DNA of 63,829 nucleotides, the filler included, from Octopus bimaculoides (Eukaryota): assembly GCF_001194135.2 (NCBI RefSeq). It is 3 parts of 3 records of this genome, joined end to end, with 100 filler letters (N's around TTAATTAATTAA, not from the genome) between each part and the next. Parts side by side here need not be neighbours in the genome. Positions count along the whole stretch, not along the records: positions 30,361 to 58,541 come from NC_068982.1; positions 58,642 to 63,829 come from NC_069005.1; 1 more part is not named here. One strand, 5' to 3'. Positions 56,537-63,829 of this stretch are shown piece after piece. The notes beneath the pieces were generated by a model that was not told the origin of the DNA, did no database searches, and worked only from the letters and a program-made list of their open reading frames with translations. Made by a program: the position numbers and the translations under genes. Each line of letters begins with the position of its first letter. The first letter of the stretch is position 1.

Positions 56537-56650
56537 GGCCAGGACAATTCGTCCTTGTTTATTTCGTCGTCGGTTAATTTGTCCCCTGTTAATTCGTCGT
56601 TGATGAATTCATCCCCAAGTCAATTCGTCGCTGGCCAATACGTCTCAAAA
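56537..56650. repeat. Array of ~7 imperfect AATTCGTC motifs at 13-18 bp spacing (DNA-transposon subterminal-like)
   Basis: AATTCGTCC, ATTTCGTCG, AATTTGTCC, AATTCGTCG, AATTCATCC, AATTCGTCG, AATACGTC. Confidence 0.7.
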
Positions 56651-57407
56651 TACAATTAAATGTGATTTGCGATGGAAAGTTTAGAACAATCACTTTAGAA
56701 ATTAAATTGTCGTTGGACAGTTTTAGATATGTTTTTCCTTTCTTTAACCCCAATCTCCCCCTCTCCTTCTCTCCCTCTCTCCCTCTCTCTTAGCTTACTG
56801 CGCTAAACAGGTTACGAACAAAGATTTTCAATGAAGTTAAATTAAATTTATTCAATGCGTCTAGCCATTAACATAATTACCTGCGAAATCATAACTTCGA
56901 TCCCAAAAATGTTATATATATNNNNNNNNNNNNNNNNNNNNNNNNNNNNNNNNNNNNNNNNNNNNNNNNNNNNNNNNNNNNNNNNNNNNNNNNNNNNNNN
57001 NNNNNNNNNNNNNNNNNNNNNNNNNNNNNNNNNNNNNNNNNNNNNNNNNNNNNNNNNNNNNNNNNNNNNNNNNNNNNNNNNNNNNNNNNNNNNNNNNNNN
57101 NNNNNNNNNNNNNNNNNNNNNNNNNNNNNNNNNNNNNNNNNNNNNNNNNNNNNNNNNNNNNNNNNNNNNNNNNNNNNNNNNNNNNNNNNNNNNNNNNNNN
57201 NNNNNNNNNNNNNNNNNNNNNNNNNNNNNNNNNNNNNNNNNNNNNNNNNNNNNNNNNNNNNNNNNNNNNNNNNNNNNNNNNNNNNNNNNNNNNNNNNNNN
57301 NNNNNNNNNNNNNNNNNNNNNNNNNNNNNNNNNNNNNNNNNNNNNNNNNNNNNNNNNNNNNNNNNNNNNNNNNNNNNNNNNNNNNNNNNNNNNNNNNNNN
57401 NNATATA

Positions 57408-57826
57408 GGCGTAGGAGTGGCTGTGTGGTAAGTATCCTGCTTACCAACCACATGGTTCCGGGTTCAGTCCCACTGAGTAGCATCTTGGGAAAATGTCTTC
57501 TACTATAGCCTCGGGCCGACAAAAGCCTTTTGAGTGGATTTGGTAGACGGAAACTGGAAGAAGCCCGTCATATATATGATTATATATATGTATATGTATG
57601 TGTGTATGTGTTTGTGTGTTTGTATTTGTTCCCCACCATTGCTTGACAACCGATGCTGGTGTGTTTACGTCCCCGTAACTTAGCAGTTCGGCAAAAGAGA
57701 TCGATTGACGAAGTACTAGGCTTGCAAAGAATAAGTCCTGGGGTTGATTTTCTCGACTAAAGGTGGTGCTCCAGCATGGCACCAGTCAAAAAGACTGAAA
57801 CAAGTAAAAGAATAAAAGAGTAAAGA
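57408..57826 (+). mobile_element. Full-length tRNA-derived SINE with internal (TA/TG) microsatellite
   Basis: tRNA-like head GGCGTAGGAGTGGCTGTGTGGTAAG..GGGTTCAGTCCC, a body and a GAAACAAGTAAAAGA 3' end; second copy at 25034-25670. Confidence 0.88.
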
Positions 57827-58087
57827 GTGGAAATAGATAGATAGATATATATATATAAATAGATAGATAGATAGATAGATAGATAAATACATATATCCAT
57901 ACATACATACATGCGTGTATAATAGATACAAACATATATATATANNNNNNNNNNGACCCCTAAGGGTGGATGTTACTGTTGCTTTTAGCCCCAGGAGAAC
58001 ATCTCCTCCAGCTGGCTTAGCGACACATATCTGTGTCCTGTCTATTTTTGCCAAGGGAAGTTATCCCTCCCATCTTGATCTGCGATA

Positions 58088-58130
58088 CGTACGGACCCGA
58101 GTTTCAGGGTTATTTCCCTTCTTCAGCGTA

Positions 58131-58132
<2 letters not shown>
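58088..58132 (-). ncRNA. Intact minimal type I hammerhead ribozyme (GUC site)
   Basis: The minus strand reads CGUACG-CUGAAGA-AGGG-AAAUAA-CCCU-GAAAC-UCGG-GUC-CGUACG. All conserved core nucleotides and three helices are present. Confidence 0.88.
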
Positions 58133-58170
<38 letters not shown>

Positions 58171-58191
58171 TGGTGGTCAACTCCTTATGCA

Positions 58192-58425
58192 GATAATACA
58201 GTTCTATATTTTAGAGGTGAGGAATTATGTGCATTATTTACATTATGTTTGACGGACATTTGTTAACACGGCGTCTCGGCTGATATACCCTCCAGCCTTC
58301 ACCAAGTGACTTGGGGAGATTTCGAACCTGGGTTCTCATTCCTAAGGTATTTTTAGATACAGTTCTATATTCAAGAGATAAGGAATTATATACATTATTT
58401 ACATTATTTACATTTGACGGATATA
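58192..58425 (-). mobile_element. ~161-nt tandem repeat (about 1.4 units) with an inactivated hammerhead core (58265-58310)
   Basis: ATACAGTTCTATATT at 58196 and 58357. The minus strand reads TCAC-TTGGTGA-A-GGCTG..CAGCC-GAGAC-GCC-GTG, with helix II intact and the core mutated. Homologous to 1245-1400. Confidence 0.75.
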
Positions 58426-58506
58426 TGCCCATCTATATACATCTATATATACATATATAAATACATACATATATATGCGTAGATGTATATACATATATAT
58501 TCATGC

Positions 58507-58541
<35 letters not shown>

Positions 58542-58641
58542 NNNNNNNNNNNNNNNNNNNNNNNNNNNNNNNNNNNNNNNNNNNNTTAATTAATTAANNN
58601 NNNNNNNNNNNNNNNNNNNNNNNNNNNNNNNNNNNNNNNNN
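58542..58641. other. Artificial scaffold-join spacer N44-TTAATTAATTAA-N44
   Basis: Same 100-bp structure as 30261-30360. Confidence 0.9.
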
Positions 58642-59950
58642 AGCATTTGGTGGAACCCCATAAAACTGACAAGCTTATAATGTACCTGTCCTACATGGGT
58701 GGAAGAACAATAAAAGTCCCAATCCCCGAAATAGCACTAGGGATGTGTGATCATGGAGGGCAGTGATACCCTCCTCCTGCTTCCTTTGGAAGGGGCAGGC
58801 ACTGCTTGTCAGATGGTCCATTTGCTGTCAGCACCCATTGCATGGAGGACTGGGCATGCCATGGCTGATGATGTGTGCTGAGGCTGCGACATCTCTAGCA
58901 ATACCTTAACAGTGAGCAGGTGTGGTCGCTGTTAGCTGGACGTGCTTTTCTGCAGCTTGTCTCCTTGATGGAGCGACAGTCCTGGATCAGGCATAGACCA
59001 AGGCAGGGTGCTTGGCACCTAGAGTGTCTCTAAGCATTCACAGCCCTTGGCCAGTTGGGAAATGCAGTCGATGGAAGTTCCACCTTGGAGTTTTATAGGG
59101 GATTAGTGGCGGGCAAGAGTGATGACATTCATGAAGAAGTTCTGGACGCTGGGAGTGATCAACTGGCTGATCTCTTCTGGAGGACTTTTCAGCCGGAGCT
59201 TATGGATAACTTTCCGAAATCCCTGGCCTGGCAGTGCTACTGAGGGCGGGGGGGGGGCTTTGCCGGTTTGCAATAAGCTCTATGGGCACGGGTGTGCAGT
59301 CAATGGGTTTGTCCAAGATGCATGCTGAGTGATGAAACCATTCTGCATGCTCTTGTACAGTGTCCATGCATTATTGAATTGTGAAGCTTTGTTGAACAGT
59401 TATTGTCATGTGTAGGACGAATCCAGCTATTGTCCAAGTCCATCATGAAGATTGCCCTGCCTCCTTCCTTTGGCTGAGAAGAACAGGCAGTTTTTCTTTG
59501 TCTGGTGGCTATGGTGAAAGAGATTATGTTGTGGACGTGATTGAAAGGGTTGAAGACCAGTACCTTCCTCTTTGGCCAAAGCCTCATTGATTTTTTTCAG
59601 GTTCCACCTGAAAAGGAAAGTGAGGCTGGAGAGGGAGTTCATTGAAAGGTGGGTGAAGGTGGCAAGAATGGCTTGCGTGAATGGGCCTACTCTAAGTGTG
59701 CGCCGGATGCAATGAGGAGGAAATGGGTGCCTATTTGAGGTACCTTTGGTGTTAAGGAGTCCAAAGTGTATGAGGTTTCTTTGGTCACCGCACAGTGGAA
59801 CTCCCCCCTATTGGGGAAGTAAATTGTTGTTTCAATCTCCTTCTTAATTGTTGTGTTTTTTTTTGCTGTTTACACATTTAACCCCACTATCCCTTGTCTG
59901 AGTATTGTCCTTTATGGTTTGTGTTCGGCCCTGGTGGCCAATAAAGAAAA
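58642..59950 (+). mobile_element. L1/Tx1-like LINE 3' portion with zf-RVT domain and 3' UTR, pseudogene
   Basis: VRWSICCQHPL.GGLGMP, KSLAWQCY..ALPV.NKLY..C....DETILHALVQCP (zf-RVT), AATAAA at about 59940, then a (GTT/ATT)n tail. Confidence 0.88.
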
Positions 59951-60024
59951 TCTTGTTGTTGGTGGTGTTGTTGTTGTTGTTGTTGTTGTTATTGTTATTG
60001 TTATTGTTGTTGCTATTGTTGTTG

Positions 60025-60096
<72 letters not shown>
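59949..60096. repeat. Compound (GTT)n(ATT)n microsatellite
   Basis: Directly visible; source of the poly-N/L/I/V ORFs. Confidence 0.95.
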
Positions 60097-60097
<1 letters not shown>

Positions 60098-60295
60098 GGC
60101 AGCAAGCTGGCAGAATTCTTAGCACATTGGGCAAAATGCTTAGTGGCATTTTGTTCATCGTTACGTTCTGAGTTCAAATTCCACCAAGGTCGACTTTGAC
60201 TTTCATCCTTTCAGGGTCGATAAATTAAGTACCAGTGAAACACTGTTACTCCCACCAAATTTCAGGCCTTGTGCCTTTAGTAGAAAAGATTATCA
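60097..60295 (+). mobile_element. tRNA-derived SINE inserted in an (ATT)n tract
   Basis: AAGGCAGCAAGCTGGCAGAATTCTTAGC..GAGTTCAAATTCC head, then GGTCGACTTTGACTTTCATCC..GTCGATAAATTAAGTACCAG. Confidence 0.8.
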
Positions 60296-60311
60296 TTATT
60301 ATTATTATTAT

Positions 60312-60850
60312 TGTTGAGTGAGAAAGTAGCACATATCATCAAAGTGAAACTGGGATACAAATATACAAAGTCCAATATACCCATGACTACCTGTCTGATA
60401 AGGGTACACAAGGCACACACATCACAACCATATGCATGCGTTATGGTGATCTCACATCAAGATAAACAGCACATGACCTTGCAAGTGGGGCCCAGTTAGA
60501 ATTTTCCTCAGGTCAAGTAGCCCATCCTGCTCAAAAGGTCACAGAATAAGGTTTGTGTAAGGATGATGAATGAAATACCCATGTTTCCAGAGGTGAATTA
60601 TTCAAACCCCAAAGAATTCCTCTCAATACATGGTTATGATGTTCCTCCAGTACTTCTGCTTGTGACCAGAAATACACAAACCGTCAGCTACTACAGGACA
60701 TGCTCAACTGATTAACTGACAAGCAAATATGTGGTATTGAGCAGAATATTTGCTGTAGCCCATTTTTTACAAGACAAAACATGTACATGATAACACCTCC
60801 AAGATCAGAAGCCATGAAAACCCCTGTCTGGTTTTGCATCAGGGCACCAC
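60312..60850. mobile_element. Unclassified ~540-bp interspersed repeat bounded by ATT/CTT microsatellites
   Basis: Non-coding, higher-complexity block between trinucleotide tracts. Recognised from memory as a common octopus repeat; there is no second copy in this window. Confidence 0.45.
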
Positions 60851-60885
60851 TTCTTTTTCTTCTTCTTCTTCTTCTTCTTCTTCTT

Positions 60886-60916
<31 letters not shown>

Positions 60917-61198
60917 TTATTATTATTATTATTATTATTATCATTATTATTAGCGGACTTATCAATCTGGATAAGTTGGAAGCTTTCAATAGGGTTGACC
61001 ATTGCTAAATAGCAGCAGTTTTAAAAGAAAACCAGTTTCAGACATACTTTCAGAAGCTTGGTTGCAGCAATGCACAGTGGAACTTGCTCGATGGTCAAAA
61101 TGAGCAGCCACCTCCAGGAACCTTTTTATAATGCACACTTAGTCTATCATATGTGTCCCTTCTAAACATGCTGGCTCTCAAGAACTGGGGTCGATGTA

Positions 61199-61412
61199 CA
61201 AGGGGGTGCTGCAGAGTTCCTGGCTTTAAGGGTATCACGAAAGGCCTGGTTGGAGATCCAACCTTCCGAGTTCTTTTACAGGGTTTAGAAAAACTGAAGG
61301 ACCACTGCAATAAGTGTGAGAATCCGAGAGGGGAATACGTTGAATAAAATCATAACTGATCCTCCTGTATTTTTTTTTTACCCAAAGCCAGGAACTTTTC
61401 AGCACCCCTCGT

Positions 61413-61470
<58 letters not shown>

Positions 61471-61699
61471 ACACACACACAAGGGTGTGCTGCAAAGTTC
61501 CTGGCTTTAAGGGTATCGTGAAAGGTCTGGCTGGAAGCCCAAAGTTCCGAGTTCTTTTACAGGGTTTACAAAAACTGAAGGACTACTGTTATAAGTGTGT
61601 GAATCTGAGAGGTGGAGAAAATATTGACTAAAATCATAATCAACAGATCCTTCTGATTTTCTTTTATTCAAAGCCAGGAACTTTCCAGCACCTCCCTCA
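61199..61699 (+). mobile_element. Two head-to-tail mariner-derived MITEs (61199-61411 and 61480-61699) separated by (CA)n, nested in a SINE 3' end
   Basis: Each unit has C(A/G)AGGGG.TGCTG.A.AGTTCCTGGCTTT and AAAGCCAGGAACTTT.CAGCACCCCTC(G/A) TIRs and encodes GLEKLKDHCNKCENPRGEYVE*-like codons. TA lies at 61197-98 and 61700-01, splitting ACTGGGGTCGATGTA|ATTGAC. Confidence 0.88.
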
Positions 61700-62189
61700 T
61701 AATTGACTATCCTCCTCCACCGAAAATTGCTGGACTTGTGCCAAAATTTGAAACCATTATAAGTACTTGCAAGGGTTGACTTTTTCCCTTCCATGCTTCC
61801 ATAGTCAATTAGAATCAATGAAATTACCCACAAATTTTCTGTACACTTTTCCACCACCTTCAATGGTTATGACTCATGTAATTTGTATTTTCCGCCTTTG
61901 CCCTACTGTCATTTATTTATATTTATATTTGATCCTAGACACTCTAATCTATGTCACTTAAACAGACAATAAAAAAAAAAGAAAAACCCTGTATATATAC
62001 ACACATATATATGCACACACACACACACATTACAGCAGGGGTGCAAAATTAGGTATACAGTTAGTGTCATATCAATGTTATAATTCTTAATTCATTAAAA
62101 TTATCAACACATTAAATTAGCCTCATTTTTGATATTTTCAGTGTCTGAAATCATAATACATTTATCGTAAAAAGCACTATCTGAATGTG

Positions 62190-62497
62190 ATCGACGCCAG
62201 GACCACCTGACTGGCCCCCATGCCAGTGGCATGTAAAAAGCATCATCCGAATGTGGCCGATGCCCCAAACATGATTGATGCCAGGTTCACCTGACTGGCT
62301 CCTGTGCTGGTGGCACATAAATAGCACCCACTACACTCTTGGAGTGGTTGGCATTAGGAAGGGCATCCAGCTGTAGAAACATTGCCTGATCAGATTGGAG
62401 CTTGGTGCAACCACTAGCTCTCTAGACCTCAGTGAAACTGTCCAACCCATGCCAGCATGGAAAGTGGACGTTAAACGAAGATGATGATGATGATGAT
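62190..62497 (+). mobile_element. RTE-like LINE/SINE 3' end with (GAT)n tail
   Basis: Internal repeated CACCTGACTGG modules, then TTAGGAAGGGCATCCAGCTGTAGAAAC..CCCATGCCAGCATGGAAAGTGGACGTTAAACGAAGATGATGAT. Confidence 0.65.
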
Positions 62498-63195
62498 AAT
62501 AATACTTTAAATTTTTTTGATAAAAATAAATGAGTATTTTACGTGTTTTCTTTTTTCNNNNNNNNNNNNNNNNNNNNNNNNNNNNNNNNNNNNNNNNNNN
62601 NNNNNNNNNNNNNNNNNNNNNNNNNNNNNNNNNNNNNNNNNNNNNNNNNNNNNNNNNNNNNNNNNNNNNNNNNNNNNNNNNNNNNNNNNNNNNNNNNNNN
62701 NNNNNNNNNNNNNNNNNNNNNNNNNNNNNNNNNNNNNNNNNNNNNNNNNNNNNNNNNNNNNNNNNNNNNNNNNTATATATATATATATATATATAATTTA
62801 GAGAAAAGAACCAAAGTTCATGAACTCATCCATGAATATCCACAGTCACATATAGAGAAAATTAATAAATAAATACACTATAAAAAGTATAAAATACAAA
62901 GTAAAAATCATAAAATAATAATTATAAAACGACTACATGTGTTTCATAATCAAATTTTCAAATAGAAAATCAAATCAAATCGATTAAATCAATTGAAAAT
63001 CAATTATATTCAAAAATATAGTTAATCTTCAGGTCAAAATACAACAATAATAAAATGAATGTATATATATCAACCAACAATAAATAACATATGAATATAT
63101 ATAAAGATACTTATTATATCAAGATAGAAAGATGTTAAACAATATTATTAAAAAGAAATGTAATACTAATCTTATCGAAAAATATAAACATGACA

Positions 63196-63452
63196 TCAGG
63201 GGGTGGTGGCAAACCCTGCTGTACTCTTTCACCACAATTTTCTCTCACTCTATCTCCCTGTTTCTGTTGTACCTGTATTTCAAAGGGCCAGCCTTGTCAC
63301 ATTCTGTGTCACGCTGAATCTCCCCCGAGAACTACGTTAAGGGTATACGTGTCTGTGGAGTGCTCAGCCACTTGCACGTTAATTTCACGAGCAGGCTGTT
63401 CCATTGATCAGATCAACTGAAACCCTTGTCATCGTAACCGATGGAGTACCAA
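63196..63452 (+). mobile_element. 5'-truncated SINE (family of 26516-26903)
   Basis: High identity to the reverse complement of 26525-26780. Confidence 0.88.
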
Positions 63453-63470
63453 CCAATATATACATACATA

Positions 63471-63829
63471 TCTATATATATAAAAATGAGAATGTGTGTG
63501 TGTCTGTCTGTCTGTCTGTGTGAATCCCTAAAACTCGAGAACTACGCAACCAATTTCATTCAAATTTTACACATGCCTTACTTAGGGTTCCAGTTGTGTT
63601 TTAGTCAAAAAAAATTATTAACTTCTTGCAGAGTTCGAGCACACGGCAACATAATATCTCCTCCACTATTTAAGTATTACGTGTCAAAAGTGAAACAAAA
63701 ACACTCATGTCAAATACTTTCACTTTAAAAATGAAACTATTCCACTAACTGAAACAATCACATTTCGATACTGTAGTGACATATACTTTCACAGAGAGAG
63801 AAAGAGAGAAAGAGAGAGACAGAAAGAGA
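63471..63829 (+). mobile_element. Non-autonomous Helitron-like element 5' end (runs off the window)
   Basis: Starts TCTATATATATAAAA, then a (GTCT/GT)n microsatellite and AACTACGCAACCAATTTCATTCAAATTTTAC, typical of Helitron/HINE 5' ends. The 3' end is not visible. Confidence 0.55.

Noticed and set aside
56537-56650. CRISPR-like or other prokaryotic repeat arrays
   Set aside because: Repeats are 8-nt and imperfect with no unique spacers or cas genes; the whole window is eukaryotic repeat DNA.
348-63728. The many long ORFs in the track rich in YI, HT, CV, poly-L/N/T/R or X
   Set aside because: They are translations of (TA)n, (CA)n or trinucleotide microsatellites, or read-through of N gaps; there is no protein signal.

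Overview
Eukaryotic, AT-rich, non-genic (intronic or intergenic) DNA with many N gaps. It is dense in (TA)n, (CA)n and trinucleotide microsatellites. The tRNA-derived SINE families and the repeat mix suggest an octopus (cephalopod) genome; this is an inference from recognition, not from a database search. No intact host protein-coding gene can be supported, and most long ORFs in the track are microsatellite or N read-throughs. The recognisable content is a transposon graveyard: several Tc1/mariner remnants (one near-full-length 1.64-kb IR/DR Tc1 between TA dinucleotides), mariner MITEs, R4/Dong-like, L1/Tx1-like, CR1/L2-like and RTE-like LINE pieces, Penelope-like fragments, a probable solo LTR, a Helitron-like end and many SINEs. 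The most notable signal, invisible to the ORF track, is six type I hammerhead ribozyme motifs in five apparently different small repeat contexts. One is a perfect 45-nt minimal hammerhead with a GUC site (58088-58132, minus). Two have unusually long, structured helix II inserts (40207-40345 and 52037-52140). One family forms a ~161-nt tandem unit resembling non-LTR retrozymes or Penelope pseudo-LTRs. Two 100-bp artificial scaffold-join spacers and a misplaced gap-filling contig are assembly artefacts.
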